In this document: positions 38,404 through 53,116 of the stretch, piece after piece
Numbering within the stretch: position 1 is the first letter of the stretch
Layout of the letters: every line of letters starts with the position of its first letter
Origin: Auanema rhodensis
Lineage: Eukaryota > Animalia > Nematoda
Length of the DNA stretch: 64,000 nucleotides
Reading direction: 5' to 3'
NCBI GenBank assembly: GCA_964057225.1
Contig: OZ059894.1
Location: forward strand, 11,966,001-12,030,000
Notes under the pieces: model-generated
The model's input: the letters and a program-made list of their open reading frames with translations, nothing else
Told to the model about the DNA's origin: nothing
Databases searched by the model: none
Made by a program: the position numbers and the translations under genes

Positions 38404-38845
38404 ACAGCATAGCCATGAGTATCAAAGACATCAAGCAAATGTATCGTACTTGTTACGAGTGCACTCTCTCATTTGAATATAAAAGTGTGGTTTGACAATC
38501 TTGACTGTACAGGTCATAAATGGCTCATATAAACTGTGGATTTACTCAACTTTTGGACTTATTTTTTTCTTATTCGAAGCGCTGCACTTTTTTCTATTCT
38601 TTTTATTCAAATACTTGTATATAGTTTTATATGTACGGTTGCAAAGTTTCCGAATATTTTATATATTTTTATACAATAATTAGGAGAAGGTTAATACAAT
38701 GAAATCTCCCAACTTTACAGTGTTTGTATTGCTTACAGTATCTAGAACAACCACTCTTGTAATATTAGAGCACATATCAATCAACAACTTTTTCTAGTTA
38801 TCAAAGCTTTTTTATTTCTTCAAGATATTTCAAATAAAATATAAA

Positions 38846-38964
38846 AGCTTACGACACCCGGGATTCCCAAGCCGTCTCCGATCCAAGTACTAACCGGGCC
38901 CAACGTTGCTTGACTTGCCAGATCGGACGGGATGGCGTACTTTCAACGTGGTATGGTCGTAAGC
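38846..38964 (-). rRNA. 5S: 5S rRNA
   Basis: Identical copy. Confidence 0.97.
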
Positions 38965-39205
38965 AATGTTATATTCTTCATTATCAGTTATATCACTCTA
39001 AATCTTGTTGTTAATAGTTAGGACCACAAAGAAAACAACAGGAACAGTAACAAATGAAATGCCCAAACTTTACAGTGTTCGAGTTATTTACAGTATCTAA
39101 GACTACCTCTGTCGTGTTATTAGAGCAAACATTCGATTAACAACAACTTTTTTTTAGTTATCAAAGCTTTTTTATTTCTTCAAAAAATTTCAAATAAAAT
39201 ATAAA

Positions 39206-39342
39206 AGCTTACGACACCCGGGATTCCCAAGCCGTCTCCGATCCAAGTACTAACCGGGCCCAACGTTGCTTGACTTGCCAGATCGGACGGGATGGCGTAC
39301 TTTCAAGGGATGGCGTACTTTCAACGTGGTATGGTCGTAAGC
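39206..39342 (-). pseudogene. 5S: 5S rRNA with internal 18-bp tandem duplication
   Basis: gggatggcgtactttcaa repeated at 39289-39306 and 39307-39324. Confidence 0.85.
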
Positions 39343-39484
39343 AATGTCATATTCTTCATTATCAGTTATATCACTCTAAATCTTGTTGTTAATAGATACG
39401 ACCACAAAGAAAACAACAGGAACAGTAACAATAACAAAAAAAATTTTTTTTTCACCTATGTGTCTAAAGGTTAGCCATGTATCC

Positions 39485-39518
<34 letters not shown>

Positions 39519-40669
39519 ACAGTAAAAAGTCCAATCAAGAGAGAAATTTTTTCAACACATAGTTGTTTTTTTTTTAAATATCATTGTTTTTCCTCATAAC
39601 TCGGTTTAAACTCGTTCTAACCCGTTGAAATACGTCTAGAAAGTCTTTATAACATGCATATGTATGATAGAACTTCATATTTATTGTAATAGAAAATTTT
39701 ATTTTCAGACGTCTTGGTTAACAATGATATGTTTTACCCCCTTATAATTTTTATCATAATGTTCCTTATACGGAACGCTCAATGAAACTTGCTTCCAGAA
39801 AAATTTCTTTCTATTTTTTCTTCATATGTACGTAGATACTATAGAGAACTATGATAGAAAACTTTAACATTCACGAAATCATCATTTCTCATTACGCTAC
39901 GGAGGTTTAAAAAGCTGTGTTTTACCTTATAATAGACCGGAAAACCCTTGTGTTAAAACTGGACCGTTTTTACACATATAAAAATGTCCCGTATTCGGGA
40001 CCCTAATGTAACTTTTGATTCCCTATATTTTTTTTCATGAAATTTACAATCTACTGTAGAAAGAAGAATTATTTTTATAAAAACGAAAACAAAAACAACT
40101 TTTTTTTGAACATTTTCTCACACAAGGGTCCCCCCTTACCTACTTTTTTTCTCATTACTCGTTTCAACCTCATCCGATCACTCTGCAAACATGTTTAATC
40201 GTTCTAACTTGTTGAAATACGTCTTAAAAGTCTAAACAACATGCATATGCATAATAGAAACCACCCGAATAGGCCCCCACGCACTAAACGAGATATATAC
40301 ATTACCAGTATAGTAATAGAACACATATTGAAGATTAATTCGATAAGAACAATTTATTGACGTAGAGAATGTTTGTTCCGAAAAACTACAATATTAAACT
40401 ATAAAAGTAACAAAAGCGTAGAGGCAGCAAAGACATGAATAAACATAAATGTAAATACAGAATTACCAGGTAGTACATAAGTATGACAAAAAATTATAAG
40501 AAAGCCATGAAAATAGAAGGTTTGTGAACAAATGAGAGGTACATCTTTGATCGTATAGTCATTTCTAAACCGTTCGTATGCTGCAGCATCGTCATAAGCG
40601 TCACTCAAGTTGAATTTCCATGTGTACTACACGATTTTCATTCTTATTGTTACATTCTTTCCCTGAGGG

Positions 40670-40855
40670 AATAGGCCGTTCCCGCCAGCAGTGCAAGAGC
40701 GGGTCGACCCGTGAGGTGGAGCTAGCAAGCCAGCATCTACCTCAAGTCTCAAAAATCGGTTAACCTTATTGTGAACCAATGGAACACATATCGAAGGTTA
40801 ATTCGATAAGAACGATTACTACACTTTGATCTTAGCCAAAAGGCCGAGAAGCGAT
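40670..40855 (-). ncRNA. U2: U2 snRNA, intact (C>T near 3' end at 40673)
   Basis: Same as 18433-18618 except one substitution that gives a G-U pair in stem IV. Confidence 0.95.
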
Positions 40856-41297
40856 ACAGCATAGCCATGAGTATCAAAGACATCAAGCAAATGTATCGTA
40901 CTTGTTACGAGTGCACTCTCTCATTTGAATATAAAAGTGTGGTTTGACAATCTTGACTGTACAGGTCATAAATGGCTCATATAAACTGTGGATTTACTCA
41001 ACTTTTGGACTTATTTTTTTCTTATTCGAAGCGCTGCACTTTTTTCTATTCTTTTTATTCAAATACTTGTATATAGTTTTATATGTACGGTTGCAAAGTT
41101 TCCGAATATTTTATATATTTTTATACAATAATTAGGAGAAGGTTAATACAATGAAATCTCCCAACTTTACAGTGTTTGTATTGCTTACAGTATCTAGAAC
41201 AACCACTCTTGTAATATTAGAGCACATATCAATCAACAACTTTTTCTAGTTATCAAAGCTTTTTTATTTCTTCAAGATATTTCAAATAAAATATAAA

Positions 41298-41416
41298 AGC
41301 TTACGACACCCGGGATTCCCAAGCCGTCTCCGATCCAAGTACTAACCGGGCCCAACGTTGCTTGACTTGCCAGATCGGACGGGATGGCGTACTTTCAACG
41401 TGGTATGGTCGTAAGC
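41298..41416 (-). rRNA. 5S: 5S rRNA
   Basis: Identical copy. Confidence 0.97.
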
Positions 41417-41657
41417 AATGTTATATTCTTCATTATCAGTTATATCACTCTAAATCTTGTTGTTAATAGTTAGGACCACAAAGAAAACAACAGGAACAGT
41501 AACAAATGAAATGCCCAAACTTTACAGTGTTCGAGTTATTTACAGTATCTAAGACTACCTCTGTCGTGTTATTAGAGCAAACATTCGATTAACAACAACT
41601 TTTTTTTAGTTATCAAAGCTTTTTTATTTCTTCAAAAAATTTCAAATAAAATATAAA

Positions 41658-41776
41658 AGCTTACGACACCCGGGATTCCCAAGCCGTCTCCGATCCAAGT
41701 ACTAACCGGGCCCAACGTTGCTTGACTTGCCAGATCGGACGGGATGGCGTACTTTCAACGTGGTATGGTCGTAAGC
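41658..41776 (-). rRNA. 5S: 5S rRNA
   Basis: Identical copy. Confidence 0.97.
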
Positions 41777-41918
41777 AATGTCATATTCTTCATTATCAGT
41801 TATATCACTCTAAATCTTGTTGTTAATAGATACGACCACAAAGAAAACAACAGGAACAGTAACAATAACAAAAAAAATTTTTTTTTCACCTATGTGTCTA
41901 AAGGTTAGCCATGTATCC

Positions 41919-41982
<64 letters not shown>

Positions 41983-43162
41983 ACAGTAAAAAGTCCAATC
42001 AAGAGAGAAATTTTTTCAACACATAGTTGTTTTTTTTTTAAATATCATTGTTTTTCCTCATAACTCGGTTTAAACTCGTTCTAACCCGTTGAAATACGTC
42101 TAGAAAGTCTTTATAACATGCATATGTATGATAGAACTTCATATTTATTGTAATAGAAAATTTTATTTTCAGACGTCTTGGTTAACAATGATATGTTTTA
42201 CCCCCTTATAATTTTTATCATAATGTTCCTTATACGGAACGCTCAATGAAACTTGCTTCCAGAAAAATTTCTTTCTATTTTTTCTTCATATGTACGTAGA
42301 TACTATAGAGAACTATGATAGAAAACTTTAACATTCACGAAATCATCATTTCTCATTACGCTACGGAGGTTTAAAAAGCTGTGTTTTACCTTATAATAGA
42401 CCGGAAAACCCTTGTGTTAAAACTGGACCGTTTTTACACATATAAAAATGTCCCGTATTCGGGACCCTAATGTAACTTTTGATTCCCTATATTTTTTTTC
42501 ATGAAATTTACAATCTACTGTAGAAAGAAGAATTATTTTTATAAAAACTGTAAATTTTTGAAAAATGAAAACAAAACGAAAACAAAAACAACTTTTTTTT
42601 GAACATTTTCTCACACAAGGGTCCCCCCTTACCTACTTTTTTTCTCATTACTCGTTTCAACCTCATCCGATCACTCTGCAAACATGTTTAATCGTTCTAA
42701 CTTGTTGAAATACGTCTTAAAAGTCTAAACAACATGCATATGCATAATAGAAACCACCCGAATAGGCCCCCACGCACTAAACGAGATATATACATTACCA
42801 GTATAGTAATAGAACACATATTGAAGATTAATTCGATAAGAACAATTTATTGACGTAGAGAATGTTTGTTCCGAAAAACTACAATATTAAACTATAAAAG
42901 TAACAAAAGCGTAGAGGCAGCAAAGACATGAATAAACATAAATGTAAATACAGAATTACCAGGTAGTACATAAGTATGACAAAAAATTATAAGAAAGCCA
43001 TGAAAATAGAAGGTTTGTGAACAAATGAGAGGTACATCTTTGATCGTATAGTCATTTCTAAACCGTTCGTATGCTGCAGCATCGTCATAAGCGTCACTCA
43101 AGTTGAATTTCCATGTGTACTACACGATTTTCATTCTTATTGTTACATTCTTTCCCTGAGGG

Positions 43163-43348
43163 AATGGGCCGTTCCCGCCAGCAGTGCAAGAGCGGGTCGA
43201 CCCGTGAGGTGGAGCTAGCAAGCCAGCATCTACCTCAAGTCTCAAAAATCGGTTAACCTTATTGTGAACCAATGGAACACATATCGAAGGTTAATTCGAT
43301 AAGAACGATTACTACACTTTGATCTTAGCCAAAAGGCCGAGAAGCGAT
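43163..43348 (-). ncRNA. U2: U2 snRNA, intact
   Basis: Same as 18433-18618. Confidence 0.96.
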
Positions 43349-43790
43349 ACAGCATAGCCATGAGTATCAAAGACATCAAGCAAATGTATCGTACTTGTTA
43401 CGAGTGCACTCTCTCATTTGAATATAAAAGTGTGGTTTGACAATCTTGACTGTACAGGTCATAAATGGCTCATATAAACTGTGGATTTACTCAACTTTTG
43501 GACTTATTTTTTTCTTATTCGAAGCGCTGCACTTTTTTCTATTCTTTTTATTCAAATACTTGTATATAGTTTTATATGTACGGTTGCAAAGTTTCCGAAT
43601 ATTTTATATATTTTTATACAATAATTAGGAGAAGGTTAATACAATGAAATCTCCCAACTTTACAGTGTTTGTATTGCTTACAGTATCTAGAACAACCACT
43701 CTTGTAATATTAGAGCACATATCAATCAACAACTTTTTCTAGTTATCAAAGCTTTTTTATTTCTTCAAGATATTTCAAATAAAATATAAA

Positions 43791-43909
43791 AGCTTACGAC
43801 ACCCGGGATTCCCAAGCCGTCTCCGATCCAAGTACTAACCGGGCCCAACGTTGCTTGACTTGCCAGATCGGACGGGATGGCGTACTTTCAACGTGGTATG
43901 GTCGTAAGC
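43791..43909 (-). rRNA. 5S: 5S rRNA
   Basis: Identical copy. Confidence 0.97.
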
Positions 43910-44150
43910 AATGTTATATTCTTCATTATCAGTTATATCACTCTAAATCTTGTTGTTAATAGTTAGGACCACAAAGAAAACAACAGGAACAGTAACAAAT
44001 GAAATGCCCAAACTTTACAGTGTTCGAGTTATTTACAGTATCTAAGACTACCTCTGTCGTGTTATTAGAGCAAACATTCGATTAACAACAACTTTTTTTT
44101 AGTTATCAAAGCTTTTTTATTTCTTCAAAAAATTTCAAATAAAATATAAA

Positions 44151-44269
44151 AGCTTACGACACCCGGGATTCCCAAGCCGTCTCCGATCCAAGTACTAACC
44201 GGGCCCAACGTTGCTTGACTTGCCAGATCGGACGGGATGGCGTACTTTCAACGTGGTATGGTCGTAAGC
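44151..44269 (-). rRNA. 5S: 5S rRNA
   Basis: Identical copy. Confidence 0.97.
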
Positions 44270-44411
44270 AATGTCATATTCTTCATTATCAGTTATATCA
44301 CTCTAAATCTTGTTGTTAATAGATACGACCACAAAGAAAACAACAGGAACAGTAACAATAACAAAAAAAATTTTTTTTTCACCTATGTGTCTAAAGGTTA
44401 GCCATGTATCC

Positions 44412-44467
<56 letters not shown>

Positions 44468-45647
44468 ACAGTAAAAAGTCCAATCAAGAGAGAAATTTTT
44501 TCAACACATAGTTGTTTTTTTTTTAAATATCATTGTTTTTCCTCATAACTCGGTTTAAACTCGTTCTAACCCGTTGAAATACGTCTAGAAAGTCTTTATA
44601 ACATGCATATGTATGATAGAACTTCATATTTATTGTAATAGAAAATTTTATTTTCAGACGTCTTGGTTAACAATGATATGTTTTACCCCCTTATAATTTT
44701 TATCATAATGTTCCTTATACGGAACGCTCAATGAAACTTGCTTCCAGAAAAATTTCTTTCTATTTTTTCTTCATATGTACGTAGATACTATAGAGAACTA
44801 TGATAGAAAACTTTAACATTCACGAAATCATCATTTCTCATTACGCTACGGAGGTTTAAAAAGCTGTGTTTTACCTTATAATAGACCGGAAAACCCTTGT
44901 GTTAAAACTGGACCGTTTTTACACATATAAAAATGTCCCGTATTCGGGACCCTAATGTAACTTTTGATTCCCTATATTTTTTTTCATGAAATTTACAATC
45001 TACTGTAGAAAGAAGAATTATTTTTATAAAAACTGTAAATTTTTGAAAAATGAAAACAAAACGAAAACAAAAACAACTTTTTTTTGAACATTTTCTCACA
45101 CAAGGGTCCCCCCTTACCTACTTTTTTTCTCATTACTCGTTTCAACCTCATCCGATCACTCTGCAAACATGTTTAATCGTTCTAACTTGTTGAAATACGT
45201 CTTAAAAGTCTAAACAACATGCATATGCATAATAGAAACCACCCGAATAGGCCCCCACGCACTAAACGAGATATATACATTACCAGTATAGTAATAGAAC
45301 ACATATTGAAGATTAATTCGATAAGAACAATTTATTGACGTAGAGAATGTTTGTTCCGAAAAACTACAATATTAAACTATAAAAGTAACAAAAGCGTAGA
45401 GGCAGCAAAGACATGAATAAACATAAATGTAAATACAGAATTACCAGGTAGTACATAAGTATGACAAAAAATTATAAGAAAGCCATGAAAATAGAAGGTT
45501 TGTGAACAAATGAGAGGTACATCTTTGATCGTATAGTCATTTCTAAACCGTTCGTATGCTGCAGCATCGTCATAAGCGTCACTCAAGTTGAATTTCCATG
45601 TGTACTACACGATTTTCATTCTTATTGTTACATTCTTTCCCTGAGGG

Positions 45648-45833
45648 AATGGGCCGTTCCCGCCAGCAGTGCAAGAGCGGGTCGACCCGTGAGGTGGAGC
45701 TAGCAAGCCAGCATCTACCTCAAGTCTCAAAAATCGGTTAACCTTATTGTGAACCAATGGAACACATATCGAAGGTTAATTCGATAAGAACGATTACTAC
45801 ACTTTGATCTTAGCCAAAAGGCCGAGAAGCGAT
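45648..45833 (-). ncRNA. U2: U2 snRNA, intact
   Basis: Same as 18433-18618. Confidence 0.96.
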
Positions 45834-46275
45834 ACAGCATAGCCATGAGTATCAAAGACATCAAGCAAATGTATCGTACTTGTTACGAGTGCACTCTCTC
45901 ATTTGAATATAAAAGTGTGGTTTGACAATCTTGACTGTACAGGTCATAAATGGCTCATATAAACTGTGGATTTACTCAACTTTTGGACTTATTTTTTTCT
46001 TATTCGAAGCGCTGCACTTTTTTCTATTCTTTTTATTCAAATACTTGTATATAGTTTTATATGTACGGTTGCAAAGTTTCCGAATATTTTATATATTTTT
46101 ATACAATAATTAGGAGAAGGTTAATACAATGAAATCTCCCAACTTTACAGTGTTTGTATTGCTTACAGTATCTAGAACAACCACTCTTGTAATATTAGAG
46201 CACATATCAATCAACAACTTTTTCTAGTTATCAAAGCTTTTTTATTTCTTCAAGATATTTCAAATAAAATATAAA

Positions 46276-46394
46276 AGCTTACGACACCCGGGATTCCCAA
46301 GCCGTCTCCGATCCAAGTACTAACCGGGCCCAACGTTGCTTGACTTGCCAGATCGGACGGGATGGCGTACTTTCAACGTGGTATGGTCGTAAGC
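46276..46394 (-). rRNA. 5S: 5S rRNA
   Basis: Identical copy. Confidence 0.97.
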
Positions 46395-46635
46395 AATGTT
46401 ATATTCTTCATTATCAGTTATATCACTCTAAATCTTGTTGTTAATAGTTAGGACCACAAAGAAAACAACAGGAACAGTAACAAATGAAATGCCCAAACTT
46501 TACAGTGTTCGAGTTATTTACAGTATCTAAGACTACCTCTGTCGTGTTATTAGAGCAAACATTCGATTAACAACAACTTTTTTTTAGTTATCAAAGCTTT
46601 TTTATTTCTTCAAAAAATTTCAAATAAAATATAAA

Positions 46636-46754
46636 AGCTTACGACACCCGGGATTCCCAAGCCGTCTCCGATCCAAGTACTAACCGGGCCCAACGTTGCT
46701 TGACTTGCCAGATCGGACGGGATGGCGTACTTTCAACGTGGTATGGTCGTAAGC
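46636..46754 (-). rRNA. 5S: 5S rRNA
   Basis: Identical copy. Confidence 0.97.
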
Positions 46755-46896
46755 AATGTCATATTCTTCATTATCAGTTATATCACTCTAAATCTTGTTG
46801 TTAATAGATACGACCACAAAGAAAACAACAGGAACAGTAACAATAACAAAAAAAATTTTTTTTTCACCTATGTGTCTAAAGGTTAGCCATGTATCC

Positions 46897-46972
<76 letters not shown>

Positions 46973-48152
46973 ACAGTAAAAAGTCCAATCAAGAGAGAAA
47001 TTTTTTCAACACATAGTTGTTTTTTTTTTAAATATCATTGTTTTTCCTCATAACTCGGTTTAAACTCGTTCTAACCCGTTGAAATACGTCTAGAAAGTCT
47101 TTATAACATGCATATGTATGATAGAACTTCATATTTATTGTAATAGAAAATTTTATTTTCAGACGTCTTGGTTAACAATGATATGTTTTACCCCCTTATA
47201 ATTTTTATCATAATGTTCCTTATACGGAACGCTCAATGAAACTTGCTTCCAGAAAAATTTCTTTCTATTTTTTCTTCATATGTACGTAGATACTATAGAG
47301 AACTATGATAGAAAACTTTAACATTCACGAAATCATCATTTCTCATTACGCTACGGAGGTTTAAAAAGCTGTGTTTTACCTTATAATAGACCGGAAAACC
47401 CTTGTGTTAAAACTGGACCGTTTTTACACATATAAAAATGTCCCGTATTCGGGACCCTAATGTAACTTTTGATTCCCTATATTTTTTTTCATGAAATTTA
47501 CAATCTACTGTAGAAAGAAGAATTATTTTTATAAAAACTGTAAATTTTTGAAAAATGAAAACAAAACGAAAACAAAAACAACTTTTTTTTGAACATTTTC
47601 TCACACAAGGGTCCCCCCTTACCTACTTTTTTTCTCATTACTCGTTTCAACCTCATCCGATCACTCTGCAAACATGTTTAATCGTTCTAACTTGTTGAAA
47701 TACGTCTTAAAAGTCTAAACAACATGCATATGCATAATAGAAACCACCCGAATAGGCCCCCACGCACTAAACGAGATATATACATTACCAGTATAGTAAT
47801 AGAACACATATTGAAGATTAATTCGATAAGAACAATTTATTGACGTAGAGAATGTTTGTTCCGAAAAACTACAATATTAAACTATAAAAGTAACAAAAGC
47901 GTAGAGGCAGCAAAGACATGAATAAACATAAATGTAAATACAGAATTACCAGGTAGTACATAAGTATGACAAAAAATTATAAGAAAGCCATGAAAATAGA
48001 AGGTTTGTGAACAAATGAGAGGTACATCTTTGATCGTATAGTCATTTCTAAACCGTTCGTATGCTGCAGCATCGTCATAAGCGTCACTCAAGTTGAATTT
48101 CCATGTGTACTACACGATTTTCATTCTTATTGTTACATTCTTTCCCTGAGGG

Positions 48153-48338
48153 AATGGGCCGTTCCCGCCAGCAGTGCAAGAGCGGGTCGACCCGTGAGGT
48201 GGAGCTAGCAAGCCAGCATCTACCTCAAGTCTCAAAAATCGGTTAACCTTATTGTGAACCAATGGAACACATATCGAAGGTTAATTCGATAAGAACGATT
48301 ACTACACTTTGATCTTAGCCAAAAGGCCGAGAAGCGAT
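48153..48338 (-). ncRNA. U2: U2 snRNA, intact
   Basis: Same as 18433-18618. Confidence 0.96.
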
Positions 48339-48780
48339 ACAGCATAGCCATGAGTATCAAAGACATCAAGCAAATGTATCGTACTTGTTACGAGTGCACT
48401 CTCTCATTTGAATATAAAAGTGTGGTTTGACAATCTTGACTGTACAGGTCATAAATGGCTCATATAAACTGTGGATTTACTCAACTTTTGGACTTATTTT
48501 TTTCTTATTCGAAGCGCTGCACTTTTTTCTATTCTTTTTATTCAAATACTTGTATATAGTTTTATATGTACGGTTGCAAAGTTTCCGAATATTTTATATA
48601 TTTTTATACAATAATTAGGAGAAGGTTAATACAATGAAATCTCCCAACTTTACAGTGTTTGTATTGCTTACAGTATCTAGAACAACCACTCTTGTAATAT
48701 TAGAGCACATATCAATCAACAACTTTTTCTAGTTATCAAAGCTTTTTTATTTCTTCAAGATATTTCAAATAAAATATAAA

Positions 48781-48899
48781 AGCTTACGACACCCGGGATT
48801 CCCAAGCCGTCTCCGATCCAAGTACTAACCGGGCCCAACGTTGCTTGACTTGCCAGATCGGACGGGATGGCGTACTTTCAACGTGGTATGGTCGTAAGC
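48781..48899 (-). rRNA. 5S: 5S rRNA
   Basis: Identical copy. Confidence 0.97.
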
Positions 48900-49140
48900 A
48901 ATGTTATATTCTTCATTATCAGTTATATCACTCTAAATCTTGTTGTTAATAGTTAGGACCACAAAGAAAACAACAGGAACAGTAACAAATGAAATGCCCA
49001 AACTTTACAGTGTTCGAGTTATTTACAGTATCTAAGACTACCTCTGTCGTGTTATTAGAGCAAACATTCGATTAACAACAACTTTTTTTTAGTTATCAAA
49101 GCTTTTTTATTTCTTCAAAAAATTTCAAATAAAATATAAA

Positions 49141-49259
49141 AGCTTACGACACCCGGGATTCCCAAGCCGTCTCCGATCCAAGTACTAACCGGGCCCAACG
49201 TTGCTTGACTTGCCAGATCGGACGGGATGGCGTACTTTCAACGTGGTATGGTCGTAAGC
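49141..49259 (-). rRNA. 5S: 5S rRNA
   Basis: Identical copy. Confidence 0.97.
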
Positions 49260-49401
49260 AATGTCATATTCTTCATTATCAGTTATATCACTCTAAATCT
49301 TGTTGTTAATAGATACGACCACAAAGAAAACAACAGGAACAGTAACAATAACAAAAAAAATTTTTTTTTCACCTATGTGTCTAAAGGTTAGCCATGTATC
49401 C

Positions 49402-49465
<64 letters not shown>

Positions 49466-50645
49466 ACAGTAAAAAGTCCAATCAAGAGAGAAATTTTTTC
49501 AACACATAGTTGTTTTTTTTTTAAATATCATTGTTTTTCCTCATAACTCGGTTTAAACTCGTTCTAACCCGTTGAAATACGTCTAGAAAGTCTTTATAAC
49601 ATGCATATGTATGATAGAACTTCATATTTATTGTAATAGAAAATTTTATTTTCAGACGTCTTGGTTAACAATGATATGTTTTACCCCCTTATAATTTTTA
49701 TCATAATGTTCCTTATACGGAACGCTCAATGAAACTTGCTTCCAGAAAAATTTCTTTCTATTTTTTCTTCATATGTACGTAGATACTATAGAGAACTATG
49801 ATAGAAAACTTTAACATTCACGAAATCATCATTTCTCATTACGCTACGGAGGTTTAAAAAGCTGTGTTTTACCTTATAATAGACCGGAAAACCCTTGTGT
49901 TAAAACTGGACCGTTTTTACACATATAAAAATGTCCCGTATTCGGGACCCTAATGTAACTTTTGATTCCCTATATTTTTTTTCATGAAATTTACAATCTA
50001 CTGTAGAAAGAAGAATTATTTTTATAAAAACTGTAAATTTTTGAAAAATGAAAACAAAACGAAAACAAAAACAACTTTTTTTTGAACATTTTCTCACACA
50101 AGGGTCCCCCCTTACCTACTTTTTTTCTCATTACTCGTTTCAACCTCATCCGATCACTCTGCAAACATGTTTAATCGTTCTAACTTGTTGAAATACGTCT
50201 TAAAAGTCTAAACAACATGCATATGCATAATAGAAACCACCCGAATAGGCCCCCACGCACTAAACGAGATATATACATTACCAGTATAGTAATAGAACAC
50301 ATATTGAAGATTAATTCGATAAGAACAATTTATTGACGTAGAGAATGTTTGTTCCGAAAAACTACAATATTAAACTATAAAAGTAACAAAAGCGTAGAGG
50401 CAGCAAAGACATGAATAAACATAAATGTAAATACAGAATTACCAGGTAGTACATAAGTATGACAAAAAATTATAAGAAAGCCATGAAAATAGAAGGTTTG
50501 TGAACAAATGAGAGGTACATCTTTGATCGTATAGTCATTTCTAAACCGTTCGTATGCTGCAGCATCGTCATAAGCGTCACTCAAGTTGAATTTCCATGTG
50601 TACTACACGATTTTCATTCTTATTGTTACATTCTTTCCCTGAGGG

Positions 50646-50831
50646 AATGGGCCGTTCCCGCCAGCAGTGCAAGAGCGGGTCGACCCGTGAGGTGGAGCTA
50701 GCAAGCCAGCATCTACCTCAAGTCTCAAAAATCGGTTAACCTTATTGTGAACCAATGGAACACATATCGAAGGTTAATTCGATAAGAACGATTACTACAC
50801 TTTGATCTTAGCCAAAAGGCCGAGAAGCGAT
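50646..50831 (-). ncRNA. U2: U2 snRNA, intact
   Basis: Same as 18433-18618. Confidence 0.96.
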
Positions 50832-51273
50832 ACAGCATAGCCATGAGTATCAAAGACATCAAGCAAATGTATCGTACTTGTTACGAGTGCACTCTCTCAT
50901 TTGAATATAAAAGTGTGGTTTGACAATCTTGACTGTACAGGTCATAAATGGCTCATATAAACTGTGGATTTACTCAACTTTTGGACTTATTTTTTTCTTA
51001 TTCGAAGCGCTGCACTTTTTTCTATTCTTTTTATTCAAATACTTGTATATAGTTTTATATGTACGGTTGCAAAGTTTCCGAATATTTTATATATTTTTAT
51101 ACAATAATTAGGAGAAGGTTAATACAATGAAATCTCCCAACTTTACAGTGTTTGTATTGCTTACAGTATCTAGAACAACCACTCTTGTAATATTAGAGCA
51201 CATATCAATCAACAACTTTTTCTAGTTATCAAAGCTTTTTTATTTCTTCAAGATATTTCAAATAAAATATAAA

Positions 51274-51392
51274 AGCTTACGACACCCGGGATTCCCAAGC
51301 CGTCTCCGATCCAAGTACTAACCGGGCCCAACGTTGCTTGACTTGCCAGATCGGACGGGATGGCGTACTTTCAACGTGGTATGGTCGTAAGC
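51274..51392 (-). rRNA. 5S: 5S rRNA
   Basis: Identical copy. Confidence 0.97.
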
Positions 51393-51633
51393 AATGTTAT
51401 ATTCTTCATTATCAGTTATATCACTCTAAATCTTGTTGTTAATAGTTAGGACCACAAAGAAAACAACAGGAACAGTAACAAATGAAATGCCCAAACTTTA
51501 CAGTGTTCGAGTTATTTACAGTATCTAAGACTACCTCTGTCGTGTTATTAGAGCAAACATTCGATTAACAACAACTTTTTTTTAGTTATCAAAGCTTTTT
51601 TATTTCTTCAAAAAATTTCAAATAAAATATAAA

Positions 51634-51752
51634 AGCTTACGACACCCGGGATTCCCAAGCCGTCTCCGATCCAAGTACTAACCGGGCCCAACGTTGCTTG
51701 ACTTGCCAGATCGGACGGGATGGCGTACTTTCAACGTGGTATGGTCGTAAGC
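51634..51752 (-). rRNA. 5S: 5S rRNA
   Basis: Identical copy. Confidence 0.97.
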
Positions 51753-51894
51753 AATGTCATATTCTTCATTATCAGTTATATCACTCTAAATCTTGTTGTT
51801 AATAGATACGACCACAAAGAAAACAACAGGAACAGTAACAATAACAAAAAAAATTTTTTTTTCACCTATGTGTCTAAAGGTTAGCCATGTATCC

Positions 51895-51936
<42 letters not shown>

Positions 51937-53116
51937 ACAGTAAAAAGTCCAATCAAGAGAGAAATTTTTTCAACACATAGTTGTTTTTTTTTTAAATATC
52001 ATTGTTTTTCCTCATAACTCGGTTTAAACTCGTTCTAACCCGTTGAAATACGTCTAGAAAGTCTTTATAACATGCATATGTATGATAGAACTTCATATTT
52101 ATTGTAATAGAAAATTTTATTTTCAGACGTCTTGGTTAACAATGATATGTTTTACCCCCTTATAATTTTTATCATAATGTTCCTTATACGGAACGCTCAA
52201 TGAAACTTGCTTCCAGAAAAATTTCTTTCTATTTTTTCTTCATATGTACGTAGATACTATAGAGAACTATGATAGAAAACTTTAACATTCACGAAATCAT
52301 CATTTCTCATTACGCTACGGAGGTTTAAAAAGCTGTGTTTTACCTTATAATAGACCGGAAAACCCTTGTGTTAAAACTGGACCGTTTTTACACATATAAA
52401 AATGTCCCGTATTCGGGACCCTAATGTAACTTTTGATTCCCTATATTTTTTTTCATGAAATTTACAATCTACTGTAGAAAGAAGAATTATTTTTATAAAA
52501 ACTGTAAATTTTTGAAAAATGAAAACAAAACGAAAACAAAAACAACTTTTTTTTGAACATTTTCTCACACAAGGGTCCCCCCTTACCTACTTTTTTTCTC
52601 ATTACTCGTTTCAACCTCATCCGATCACTCTGCAAACATGTTTAATCGTTCTAACTTGTTGAAATACGTCTTAAAAGTCTAAACAACATGCATATGCATA
52701 ATAGAAACCACCCGAATAGGCCCCCACGCACTAAACGAGATATATACATTACCAGTATAGTAATAGAACACATATTGAAGATTAATTCGATAAGAACAAT
52801 TTATTGACGTAGAGAATGTTTGTTCCGAAAAACTACAATATTAAACTATAAAAGTAACAAAAGCGTAGAGGCAGCAAAGACATGAATAAACATAAATGTA
52901 AATACAGAATTACCAGGTAGTACATAAGTATGACAAAAAATTATAAGAAAGCCATGAAAATAGAAGGTTTGTGAACAAATGAGAGGTACATCTTTGATCG
53001 TATAGTCATTTCTAAACCGTTCGTATGCTGCAGCATCGTCATAAGCGTCACTCAAGTTGAATTTCCATGTGTACTACACGATTTTCATTCTTATTGTTAC
53101 ATTCTTTCCCTGAGGG

